DNA of 64,000 bases, taken from the NCBI RefSeq assembly GCF_006345805.1, contig NC_043014.1:50592001-50656000 (forward strand), written 5' to 3'. Shown piece by piece: positions 40,946 to 52,372 of this stretch. Below the pieces are notes generated by a model. The model searched no databases. It was given only the letters and a program-made list of their open reading frames with translations, and was not told the origin of the DNA. The stretch is from Octopus sinensis. Taxonomy: Eukaryota. Within the stretch, counting starts at the first letter, position 1. Every line of letters begins with the position of its first letter. Made by a program: the position numbers and the translations under genes.

Positions 40946-41054
40946 TATTATTATTATCATTATTATTATGTGAGAGAGCAGTGCATGGAATCGAAATCAG
41001 AATCTTGGGGTTAGTAACCCGTGCTTTTAACCACTACACCATATATCTGTGGGC
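40270..41054 (-). mobile_element. Composite tRNA-head / (AAT)n / hammerhead-tail SINE (family F), interrupted by family E
   Basis: Head 40987-41054 and tail 40270-40380 match the head and tail of 52373-52664. Confidence 0.75.
40452..40902 (-). mobile_element. Family E repeat inserted in (TTA)n
   Basis: Reverse complement matches 45771-46322; flanked by (TTA)n on both sides. Confidence 0.9.
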
Positions 41055-41094
41055 AATTATAGAGTGAATTTTAGGGTTAATAAATATAATATCT

Positions 41095-41340
41095 TCCTAT
41101 CCTTCCTTAATACCGGTTCCCATATGCTGCTCATATCTGCACTCGGTCTGCTTAGGAGGTTGTTGTGTCCTAGCATATGTGCTGCTTCTTTTAGTTTTCA
41201 TATTTACCATTGGTGTTCTTAGTCTATTATTTTAACTTCATCCCACTGGGGAAGGTGGTCTCCATTTTTCCATACATGATCACCTATACCCGATTTATCA
41301 ATATCTCCCCGTCTCACAGCTTTGCGATGTTCCTCTACCC
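41095..41340 (-). mobile_element. Penelope-like element GIY-YIG endonuclease C-terminus, decayed
   Basis: RVEEHRKAVRRGDIDKSGIGDHVWKNGDHLPQWDEVKIID...KLKEAAHMLGHNNLLSRPS...IWEPVL fits the PLE RxxEH...S...H....H...W....I....W..R..KEA pattern. Confidence 0.85.
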
Positions 41341-42199
41341 TTATTTTGATGATAAAATAATTGTTTAAGTTATTTTTTCCCTTCTATCATGCGCATGCAA
41401 CGTTCACGCGTTTCCAGCAGTTTTGCTGCTGTATTTATTACCTCTGGCTCATGCATTTTAGCTATTAACTTAGAAGGTTTCATTCTATTAAAGTTCCCGT
41501 ATGAACAGGCATCTTTGGTTCTGTTGGTGGGTGTATGCGACCGTATGTTTCACACGTTCGTAGAGCGAATGTTAAATGGGTGTCCGTTCAGTATAATTAG
41601 AGAAAACATTTTCCTCCAAAGTCTCTACGCCCACAGTATAAGCATACATTGCACAACATGTAACAAAGCACATAAACGTAAGCTTAAGCACACAGCTATG
41701 TAAACAAATGTGGATTTATATAGCAGCTTTATATCATAATTCCAAGTAAATGCCGGATATTTTTAAATGATTTTCGAATTTCTCTGTCCATTTACCAAGG
41801 AAACATACACAACTGACACTTCGTAAAATGTGAGAGTAGCAACGCTGCATGTGTAAATATTTACTGTTGTATGTCTATGTATGAGTGTATCCATGCATGC
41901 AAATATATGTGTGTCTGTACGTGTGTGTTTGTGTGCGTGTGTGGGCTTGGGTGTCTGTGTGTCATTGTAGATTTTAATAAATCGTGATTCATTTCAATTG
42001 TAAACTTCGCTCATATTACGCTGCAAATATAAGAATCGCTCTCCTGTTACGAAATCTGCCGTAGGCCAATTTATATCGCCGATTCTGTATATATATATAA
42101 AGATAGATGCATACACGTATGTATATATGTGTGTGCGTGTACAGTCATTTCTATAAAGTATAGATATCGACATTGCAAATATTTTCAAATATATATATA

Positions 42200-42475
42200 T
42201 ACACATTTATATACAAATACGTAATATATATATGTGTGTGTGTATGTATGTATGTATGTATGTATCTATCTATCCATCTATCGATATATATAAATGTAAG
42301 CGTTTGCAATAGTATTTATATATCCGTATATACATAGATCTATATATCTATCTAAATGTGTATATATATGTATATACATATATATGTATATACATATATA
42401 TGTATATATATATATGTGTATATATATATATATATATATAATATATATATATATATAATACATATATATATATAA

Positions 42476-42542
<67 letters not shown>

Positions 42543-42555
42543 TATATATATATCA
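42200..42555. repeat. (TA)n-rich tract
   Basis: Direct inspection. Confidence 0.9.
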
Positions 42556-43090
42556 AGCGAATATTTTTGATATTTCAGATTTGCTGCAGGGAAAAATATT
42601 GTTTTTCATTTCTAAGTACTCGTCAAACCTCCCCGGACTGATATAAAATTGAAGCTATTTTCGTTTTCATTAGTTTAGATACACATATCATGGAAGTCAA
42701 TGCTGAAATAATGATTGTTATTATTGTTGTTGTTATTATTATTATTATTATTGTTTTTAATATTATTAGGTGTATTTCAGTTTATGTTCAATTGTATTAT
42801 TTTTGCTTCTCCACATGCGTATATGCACACACACACACACGCGCATACCCACACACATATATGTATATGTGGTTGGGTGCGCGTGTATGTGTACCTGTCT
42901 GTCTGTCTGTCCGTTTCTGTACGTATATTCAGTAGTACATATGTGCGTAGAAGCTTTTGTATATAGATATATATACGTCATGTGTGCAAATATATATATG
43001 TATGTGTGTGTGTGTGTCTGTGTGTGCGTGTGCCTGTGTGTGTATGTGTGTGTGAGTGTGTATGTATGTATATATATATATATATATATA

Positions 43091-43250
43091 CAGGGAGAAT
43101 TCACAAAAGACGAAGTGGTATAGACAACAAACAGATGTATTAGTATAACGCTCGGGAAGTGAAAAAGTCTAATATTTCGAGCCTACGCTCTTCCACAGAA
43201 AGGAACACAGAAAGAAACAAGGAAAGGAAATAAAGAATGTGTAGTGGCTA
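43091..43250 (-). mobile_element. PLE terminal fragment between (TA)n and (CA)n, with a decayed hammerhead-like fold at 43168-43202
   Basis: Homologous to 28505-28670; reverse complement CTTT CTGTGGA A GAGC-GTAG-GCTC GAAAT. Confidence 0.75.
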
Positions 43251-43485
43251 TACGTACATACATACACACACACACACACACATACACACAGACACACACA
43301 TACACACAGACACACACATACACACACACACACACACACATATATATATGTTTGTGTGTGTGTGTGTGTGTATGTGTATTATATACCGGAGTAAGTAGAT
43401 GAATGCGAAAGAAGTTAGAAAAAATAGTACTCGAATACCAGAGATTGAGTAATAAGCTTTATTGAAAAGCAGCAGAAATATCCCG

Positions 43486-43531
43486 AAAACTGTTACTCAA
43501 AGTTTCACGTTACCGTTCGACGGACAGTTTT
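43486..43531 (-). ncRNA. Minimal type I hammerhead fold (core CCGUCGA, A6 altered)
   Basis: Reverse complement: AAAACTGT CCGTCGA ACG-GTAA-CGT GAAAC TTTGA GT A ACAGTTTT (8-bp stem I, GNRA loop on stem II). Confidence 0.75.
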
Positions 43532-43546
43532 GTATAGAATCTAAAC

Positions 43547-43591
43547 AAAACTGTCCGATGAACGGGTACGTGAAACTCTGAGTAACAGCTT
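43547..43591 (+). ncRNA. Minimal type I hammerhead ribozyme fold with an essentially intact core (U4C variant)
   Basis: AAAACTGT CCGATGA ACG-GGTA-CGT GAAAC TCTGA GT A ACAGCTT; predicted cleavage after A43584 (GUA). Confidence 0.8.
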
Positions 43592-43720
43592 CCGTTTATA
43601 TTTCTGCTGCTATTCAATAAAGCATATATATATTTGTGCATATATATATATATATATATGTTTATGCATATATGTATATATATATGTGTGTAAAACAATA
43701 TTTATATATGTATATTTTTT

Positions 43721-44110
43721 TTTACTTGTTTCAGTCATTTGACTGCGGCCATGCTGGAGCACCGCCTTTAGTCAAGCAAATCGACCCCGGGTCTTATTCT
43801 TTGTAAGCCCAGTACTTATTTTATCGGTCTCTTTTGCCGAACCGCTAGGTGACGGGGACGTAAACACACCAGCATCGGTTGTCAAGAAATGCTAGGGGGA
43901 CAAACACAGACACACAAACACACACATACATATATATATATATACATATATACGACAGGCTTCTTTCAGTTTCCGTCTACCAAATCCACTCACAAGGCTT
44001 TGGTCGGCTCGAGGGTATAGCAGAAGACACTTGCCCAAGATGCCACGCAGTGGGACTGAACCCGGAACCATGTGGTTGGTTAGCAAGCTACTTACCACAC
44101 AGCCACTCCT
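43721..44110 (-). mobile_element. SINE family A, full length
   Basis: Matches the family consensus. Confidence 0.93.
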
Positions 44111-44435
44111 ATGTATGTATACATATAGAGGCAAACATATATATCTATAACTAGATAACTATCTATCTCTCTATCCATGTGTGTGTCTATCAATATATCT
44201 GCGTATGTTACAACGGTTAATAATAATATTGATTTCTTAAATTTAAACTCAGAAGATCAGTAATTTTAGATGGAAGGGAAAAAGTCGGTTCTTTCAATGA
44301 TAATACTTAACTGATATTTGACATTTGTGGCCCAGAAACTATGAAAGGCAAAATTGACTACAGAGAATTCGAAATAAGCATGCTTAGTATTCGAAAAGAT
44401 ATCACAATCCAATTTCTGTACTGCTAGGTATTCTG

Positions 44436-44471
<36 letters not shown>

Positions 44472-44527
44472 TATCATCATCATCACCACGACCACTATCA
44501 CCACCACCACCACCACCACCAAACCAA

Positions 44528-44659
44528 ACCCAAAGAATTCCTCTCAACACATCACTATGAAAGTCCCCAACTACTTCTGCTCGGGATCAGAGATGCACAT
44601 ATCGTCAGCCACTAATGGACATGCTCAACTGGTTAAGTTCAAACAACTGGTTATGGTCA

Positions 44660-44662
<3 letters not shown>
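44528..44662 (-). mobile_element. Family E fragment
   Basis: cccaaagaattcctctcaacac...gatcagagatgcacatatcgtcagccac matches 40740-40860. Confidence 0.85.
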
Positions 44663-44707
<45 letters not shown>

Positions 44708-44730
44708 TATATATACATATATACATATAT

Positions 44731-44830
44731 ACGACGGGCTTCTTCCAGTTTCCGTCTACGAAATCCACTCACATGTCTTTGGTCAGCCCGAGGCTATAGT
44801 AGAATACACTTGCCCAAGGCGCCACGCAGG
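44731..44830 (-). mobile_element. SINE family A, partial
   Basis: acgacgggcttctt...gaggctatagtagaatacacttgcccaagg. Confidence 0.85.
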
Positions 44831-44869
44831 ACCATGAGGTTCGTAAGGAGAAATATCAGCGCCTCAGGC

Positions 44870-45349
44870 TACAAAACGTCTTCACCCATGTAAGTTGTTA
44901 TTATCTGTTTGGTGGGGTATTAATGTCAAACTTTGAAATTTTAAACCCAAGCCAAACGAAAGCAAAGGAGCTGTTCTGCGAGCAGCTTCAGCGGCTTAGG
45001 TCACCACTAGAAGAAAAACGACCATCTTTGGTTTCAAGACGAATGTTTGTCTTCAATCTGGATAATGCTCGGCCACATTCAGAGAGAATGACATTCCAAA
45101 GGCTGGAGCAGTTTGAAGGAGATAATGATGACCTACCTACTATATTCGAACATTGCCCCCACCTGATTAATCATTTGAACGGAAAAAAGTACGAATTCTG
45201 TAGACGAGGTTAGAACAGTACTGGAGTAGTATTTTTCGTCATGGACAAAGAGAGAATATTTTATATTAAAAAAGAACTTTGTTTATCTTAATTGTTACAA
45301 TAAAAAGAAGTACAAAGAACCGAAATTATTTATGGGGTGACCCAATACA
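44870..45349 (+). mobile_element. Decayed mariner 3' half with terminal TIR
   Basis: LHPCKLLLSVWWG...FCEQLQRLRSPLEEKRPSLVSRRMFVFNLDNARPHSERMT...HLNGKKY; ends ttatggggtgacccaata. Confidence 0.8.
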
Positions 45350-45409
45350 TAACAGCAAACACCTTTTTGCTGTTATCTTATAATCAAATTACTTTTGAAA
45401 TACATTTCT

Positions 45410-45695
45410 AATTTATTGTTTTGACAGACATTTCCTCGAACAATACTTTGTGCAAAACCAAATATATGCCCCCCCCCCAAGTCAAAACACCGACTAGAAC
45501 GTCTAACTTGTTGTCTCTTGAGGTCTCTAGGTGAGACTTGGTGCCAACTTGCAGAAACACAGAGCAAAAGCTCTGTAATAATAACAACAAGAACAAGAAC
45601 AACAAGAACAATAATAATAATAATAATATTAATAATAATAATAATAATAATATAATAATAATAATAATAATAATATAATAATAATAATAATGATG

Positions 45696-45770
<75 letters not shown>
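45410..45770 (+). mobile_element. Probable R4/Dong-like 3' end followed by an (AAT)n tail
   Basis: gaggtctctaggtgagacttgg 3'UTR-like segment, then long (AAT)n; assignment from recalled family resemblance. Confidence 0.4.
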
Positions 45771-45772
<2 letters not shown>

Positions 45773-46322
45773 GCCCTGATGCAGTACAAGACAGTGCCTC
45801 TCATGGCTTTTGATCTTAACTGATTGGAGGTGTTATCATGTACATTGTTTGTCTTGTTATAAAAGATGGGCTACAGCACATATTCTACTCAATACCACAG
45901 ATTTGCTTGTCAGTTGTTTGACCTTAACCAGTTGAGCATGACCTTTAGTGGCTGAACATATGTGCATCTCTGATCACGAGCAGAAGTATTGGGGGAGCAT
46001 CATAGCCTTTTGTTGAGAGGGATTCTTTGGGGTTTGAATAATTCACCACTGGAAATATTGGTGTTTCGTTCAACATCCTTAAACAGGCCTTATTTAGAGA
46101 CCTTTTGAGTGGGATGGGCTACTCGACCAAAAGAAAATTCTAACTGGGCTCCACCTGTAAAGTCATGCACTGTTAATCTTGATATGAGATCTTCATGTCG
46201 CGCACATATGGTTGTGATGCATGTGCCTGGTGTACCCTTATCAAACGGGTAGTCATGATGGGTATACTAGGCTTCGTATATTTTACCCCAGTGTCACTTT
46301 GATGGCATGCACTATTCTCTCG
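45771..46322 (+). mobile_element. Family E repeat, longest copy, embedded in (AAT)n on both sides
   Basis: ATGCCCTGATGCAGTAC...GATGGCATGCACTATTCTCTCG flanked by (AAT)n. Confidence 0.9.
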
Positions 46323-46325
46323 ATA

Positions 46326-46382
<57 letters not shown>

Positions 46383-46582
46383 TTCTACCATAGGCACAAG
46401 GCCTGAAATTTGTGGGAAGGTATAGTCAATTATACCAATCCTATTACTGAACTGGTACTTATTTCATCGACCCCGAAAGGATGAAAGGCACAGTTGAATT
46501 CGGCGGAATTTGAACTCAAGAGGCGGACGGAATACTGCTAAGCCTTTCACCTGGCGTGCTAACGATTCTGACAGCTCGCCGC
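46383..46582 (-). mobile_element. SINE family B
   Basis: ctggtacttatttcatcgaccccgaaaggatgaaaggc...gctaacgattctgacagctcgccgcc. Confidence 0.88.
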
Positions 46583-46584
46583 CT

Positions 46585-46622
46585 TAATAATAATAACAAT
46601 AATAATAATAATAATAATAATG

Positions 46623-46674
<52 letters not shown>

Positions 46675-46765
46675 TAATAATACTAGTAATAATAATAATA
46701 ATGATGATGATGATGATAATTTATTTGATAACAATAATAACAACAATGATAACTACTAACAACAA
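46585..46765. repeat. (AAT)n tract
   Basis: Direct inspection. Confidence 0.95.
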
Positions 46766-47356
46766 ACAAGCTCACATCATTCTTTTCCGGTGATAGGTTT
46801 ATGCTGTGATGTTATCGTTAGTTAGGTCTTCCAGCTGTACAGATAAGGAATTCAGCGAAAATATCATCAACAATTTGGGCAAATTGATCTATATAAAACT
46901 GCGAACTTGAGAGATTAAAAGATAGGAACCCAAAATAATCGATGCCAAAATATATTTAAAAAAATAAATAAACAGATAAACAGAAGTTATTGGAAAGAAA
47001 AAAACAGCAAAAACGCGTTAAACGAATTCTAAGAATAAGATTATTGTTGAACTTGGATCATTGGCAATTTGATCAAACGTTTTAGATCTTCAGTGAGAGG
47101 TGATAAATACAAGAGATAGACCTTTTCACTTTGTACAAATACCTGCACGTAGCTAAAAGTACATTCGATTCTGAGTGCATGTGTTTGAGTGCGTCTGTGC
47201 GTGTATGAGAGTGAGTGCATATTTGTGTGGAAGGTGTGCGGATTCCGATAACAAAAATTATATCAAATTAGTAAAAAATATGATAGCTAGAAACATCGCA
47301 ACCTCCCCCCCACTGCCACCACAATTCTAAAAATGCATAGTAAGCCATAAATATAT

Positions 47357-47711
47357 TCTTTTGTCCTTTTGTATTTGTTTCAGTAAATTTGACTGCGGCC
47401 ATGCTGGAGCACCGCCTTTAGTCGAACTAGTCGATCCCAGCACTTATTCTTTGTGAGCCTAGTACTTATTATTTTGCCGAACCAGTAAGTTACGGAGAAG
47501 TAAACACACCAACACCGGGTGAGAAGCGATGATGGGGGACAAACACACATACACGATGGGATTCTTTCAGTTTCCGTCTATCAAATCCACTTAGAAGGCT
47601 TTCGTCGACACGAGGCGACAGTAGAAGAGACTTGTCCAAGTTGCCATGAAGTGGGACTAAACCCGGAACCATGTGGCTGGTAAGCAAGCTACTTATCACA
47701 TAGGCACTCCT
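47357..47711 (-). mobile_element. SINE family A, diverged full length
   Basis: Matches the family consensus. Confidence 0.88.
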
Positions 47712-48491
47712 GGAGCAGCGCTAAGCATTGATAAGTGAAATTGCAATGTTATTCTTACTCTGAATATGGCTTAATGCACGTTCGAACTAGGGACACAAGC
47801 TACTCACTGAGTTTTCTCACGGAGTATATATCTCGCATGTTGAGAATTGCCGAGAAAGTTTGTGTGATGCTAGCATTTCGGAGTAGTTATCTCCTCATCA
47901 GTTACAGACACCAGGCAAACGACATTACGAGCTGAACTAAGAGATTACCTCTCTTACCAGATAATAACATGATTATTATAGTAGTACATAGCTTCATTCC
48001 ATATGAAAAAATATATTGAAAAATTCCATAAATTAAAACACGAAGACCTAAAAAGTAGGTCTCGTACTCAATGAATGTAGGTGCCAAATAAAACAGGTAG
48101 CAAAACGCTGTTGAGTGTTAGGGAGCTGTATGAAAAAGAAATTGCAAATGTTATCCACACGTTTGCTAATTATCGTTCTTCGGTTGCTAACAACTCGATT
48201 ATCGCGGTAGAAATAAAATTTCTCACTCGAATTTGTATTAACTGAGGAAGAATTTCATTCTTATCTTAGAGCAACTGTAAGAAAAGAAATGCTAATGATA
48301 TCCAATGATCAGCCGTGGGAAAAGTATGGTTACCGCGGATAATTCCTGCCAAAGTTGGATTCCATATGAACTGATTAACTTATAAATAGATTAGTCTTTA
48401 CACAAGACAGATCGTTTCTATAACGTGTGTGCAAGTTACGGTTGATTGTTTGTATGTTCTAAAAATCTCGTACTTATTCCATCGAAAATAC

Positions 48492-48494
<3 letters not shown>

Positions 48495-48532
<38 letters not shown>

Positions 48533-48552
48533 CCTATATATATATGTATGTA

Positions 48553-48641
<89 letters not shown>

Positions 48642-48990
48642 GTTAATACATATGTTAATAAATCTGTATGTGTGAATGGGTGAAGGGGTGTGTAGTCATG
48701 TATTCGTACATACTTAAATACATATGCATAGAACTTTCTCGCGTGAGAGAGAGAGAATGATGTCTCTCTCTTTCTCTCTCTTTCTCTCTGCCTGTCTCTC
48801 TCTCATACACGCAGACATACATATAAGAAAGATGGATACCTATTTATGTCACACCACTTCACTCATTCGCTCGCTTTCACACATACTCGTCCATTTCATC
48901 TGATGTTTGATACTATATATATATATATGTATATGTGTGTGTTTGTGTGTGAGTGTGTGTGTGTGTGTGTGTGTGTTGTGTGTGTGTGTG
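48495..48990. repeat. (TA)n/(TC)n/(TG)n tracts
   Basis: Direct inspection. Confidence 0.9.
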
Positions 48991-49009
48991 TGTGTGCGTG
49001 CGGCGTTCC

Positions 49010-49190
49010 ACAGTCTTCAGAAAAAAGCAGAGGAAGTTTCTGTCTTGATACTCCTGGTGACACAGGTAAAACATTTGTAGCATTGCTTCTCTCCAAAGTA
49101 AGGCAACAGCAAAAAAACACTTGCAGTTGGTGTACGATTTTCTGGTTTTGCTGTCACCATTCTCCCATGAAGACGAACAGCTCATTCTGC
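49010..49190 (+). mobile_element. Helitron PIF1-like helicase fragment (Walker A region)
   Basis: SRGSFCLDTPGDTGKTFVALLLSKVRQQQK-LAVG...SGFAVTILP*RRTAHSA fits FLDAPGGTGKTF...ALAVASSGIAATLLPGGRTAHS. Confidence 0.88.
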
Positions 49191-49248
49191 CTATTTGTAT
49201 ATGCATACATTTATTTGCTTATATGTACGTAGGCATATATGCATGTAC

Positions 49249-49318
<70 letters not shown>

Positions 49319-49484
49319 ATATTTATATGTATTACTACCTTTTAAGCTCTCACTGTCTTATAGACGTATATATGTATAAATGGTGAGAAGGAAGGGAAGA
49401 TAGACAGACAGATAAATCGCTAGATATGTATGTATATATATATATATATATATATAGTGACGTATATTTGCCATTTGAATGTGG

Positions 49485-49700
49485 CTAACCCCTAAGGGTG
49501 GATGCTACTGTAGTTTGTAGCCCCAGGAAGACACCTCCTCCAGCTGGCTATAGACACACTTTCTGTGCCCTATCAGTATTTGTGAAGGGAAGTCATCCTT
49601 CCCGTCTTCAACTTATGATACACACGGACTCGAGTTTCAACGTATTGACCTATTATCGGCGTGTGACAATCATAGTTGTCGACGAGAAGTCAGTTCCCCT
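49485..49700 (-). mobile_element. PLE terminal fragment carrying a hammerhead and the three-helix motif
   Basis: Hammerhead fold at 49621-49665; motif homologous to the 22.3 kb and 56.1 kb foldbacks at 49490-49572; abuts (TA)n on its 3' side and (GATA)n nearby on the other. Confidence 0.7.
49621..49665 (-). ncRNA. Minimal type I hammerhead fold with GUC cleavage triplet (G8 altered, stem II decayed)
   Basis: Reverse complement: CACACG CCGATAA TAGGTCAATACGTT GAAAC TCGA GT C CGTGTG; 6-bp stem I and palindromic TCGA loop III. Confidence 0.7.
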
Positions 49701-49725
49701 CACAAATACATATACTTTTTCCAGT

Positions 49726-49820
<95 letters not shown>

Positions 49821-50439
49821 CAACGGTAATATTTAAGACAATATTCGATGCTAAAGAGAGAATGTGTTCACGATAAGACTATTGACACACCCAATTATTG
49901 GAACTTTACGTTACTGCTAATCTGCCTGGATACGAAGTGCGGTGTAGATGTTTCCTTGTTCAGAATCTAAAAAGCAACACGCAGGTAAATCGCATTCAAG
50001 TAGATACCTGATAAAAAGAAAATGGAAAGAGAAGAAAATGACAGTAAGAATTGAGCTAAGATCTCATATATTCTAGTCGTTGACAGGAAGCGGGTAGGCT
50101 GGAAATTATTGATGCTTTTATTGTGAATGGCATTTAGAAGGCAACTGGGCTATACATCATAGATTGTAAGGCTGCAAATAAAGCAACCAATTGTTTATAT
50201 CTCCGATCAGAAGCATTTCACCATAAATAACTCTAATGTGCACAGAGGTTTCAAAGATTTTATTACGTTCTTGTGTATGGGTCTTAAAAAGAACTGTGAA
50301 TAGCAACCTTTGTAAATAAACACTTTAGATGTCATTCTAAATCTAGAAAAGGGTTAATGTTTTGCTTTGCCATAAATATAACGAAAGACAGTTTTACAGC
50401 TACAAGCATTGCATCCATCCTATTGGCAGGCTCAGTGAA

Positions 50440-50950
50440 ATCGTATCCGGCACCAACATGAACATAAACTCACTATTCTCCAACCACCCAATAATCTCAA
50501 GGCGTTACAACGAAGCATTGCAGAGTAGTGGTTATTTAGAATGTGTACAACATATTCACGTCTAACGAGATTCAGACGGGAGTGTAGCATACACAAAATG
50601 CTATGGTATAATCCCCTATTTAATGTGAATGTTAGCATAAATGTTACGAAACCTTTCCTGGACAGAGAATCACTACACTTATACCCAAATCCCTTTGGTA
50701 TTACGGAAAACTTGAATACAAACGTCACTAATGTTCCTTAGCTGTTCTGTCTGAGCTTCACCGACACGAATAAAATACAAAAAGTAATGATACAAATCAA
50801 CAACAGAACCAACGAACTCATACAAAACTTTAACTCCTGGATCTCATCTAACAGCATCCTCAATAAGCAGATTCTCAAAACCTCTATAGTATACCCTGGC
50901 AAATTTAAATCGTCTCTATATCAAATGAATTTATTGAAACAGAAAGCACA
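50440..50950 (+). mobile_element. Penelope-like element RT C-terminal/linker remnant
   Basis: SNHPII...YNEALQSSGY and MLWYNPLFNVNVSINVTKPFL across frameshifts fit the PLE SNHP, YNxALxxSGY and WFNPPF..V.TN motifs; LKTSIVY may be the start of GIY-YIG. Confidence 0.8.
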
Positions 50951-51199
50951 TTGGCATTATGTTGTCCATACTAATACGCCAACTTCAAGCACTAGTTCTG
51001 AAGTATCCCTTGTCATACGCAAGGGGTGCCCCAGCATGGCCACAGCATTAGGGCTGAAACACTTAAAGAAGGATATACACACACACACACCACACACATA
51101 TATATGTATTTATATATATATATACTTACATACATACATACATATGTATTTACACGCACTTATACGATATATATATATATATATAAATATACATCTATA

Positions 51200-51412
51200 T
51201 GTGCCTGTATTTGTCCCCCACCATCGCTTGACAATCGATGTTGATGTATTGTATTTCTGTCCCCGTATCTTAGCGCTTCGACAAAAGAATCCAATATAAT
51301 AAATACTAGGTTTACAAAGAATAAGTTAGGGGTCGATATTTTTGAGTAAAACCCCTGAAAATAGTGCTCCAGTATGGTCACAGTCAAATAACTGAAATAA
51401 GTAAAAGAATAA
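51200..51412 (+). mobile_element. SINE family A, 3' half
   Basis: tttgtcccccaccatcgcttgacaa...gtgctccagtatggtcacagtcaaataactgaaataagtaaaag. Confidence 0.8.
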
Positions 51413-51449
51413 AGGAATATATATACATATATATATATATAATATATAT

Positions 51450-51499
<50 letters not shown>

Positions 51500-52372
51500 T
51501 GCAGGAATCCAATTCGTATAGTGGAAGTGTTGCAAAGACACTCGACGAGATAAGCAACCATGCCAGGGCTAATAGATATGCCCGTATACGAACGTAGAGA
51601 TGTCAACTGTTACTTGTGGATCCGGAACAGTGCTCCAAAATATACTACGCTGTCTCAGCAGACCTTCTCCGACAAAATATATTTTTAGACACACTCAAGA
51701 ACGGAGTAAATATGCCGTACTTATTTCCTGCTCCCAAATTTCAAGTTCTTCAAGAAGATCTCTGTTTACACATCTCATAACAATTTCTTAACAACACACA
51801 CAACTCGGAAACACAATGGAATCTGAAACCTTCAGACCGAACACAAGACAACATAACTTAATATCGTTTTTTTCATGACAAAAATTACAATAGCTTATTA
51901 ATTATCAGCTCAGCAATACAAAATGATTAACTTGACAATAGTGTGTTAATTATCCACACAGCATGACTAAATGAATATAATGATGTGTAGAACTTAAAAA
52001 GAAAAATGGTAAAAACGCCAAAAAACAAAGAAACTAGAGTAATAATCATGCTAACCTCTGAAAAAATTAATAGACATCTTTTTACAGCAACATTATATCT
52101 CTGACCATCCTATGAAATGTTTTTTTCTGGTATTGAGTGCTTTGAACTACATTCTCCAATATTTCGTTTCAATGTTATTAGAACCGTATTATTTAACCAG
52201 CGTGATATTTAACTGCTATTTATAGCACTTCAAGGAACCATGAAGACGTTCTGTATTTCTTTCGTATCTTTGAGAGATATTGGAACCATAATTTCTGGGT
52301 TAGAAATAGCAGCCAACTGACACTCGTTTAAACACGGCAAAGGAAACAATAGGTAATTTAATGATAGATAAT

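Larger units (their letters stand above)
43456..43623. mobile_element. Foldback (arms about 77 bp, 13-bp loop) of inverted PLE ends
   Basis: gctttattgaaaagcagcagaaatat...cggacagttttg is the reverse complement of caaaactgtccg...atatttctgctgctattcaataaagc. Confidence 0.9.

Noticed and set aside
41389-41703. 104-aa non-repetitive ORF
   Set aside because: No domain, no splice or start context; within the chance length range.
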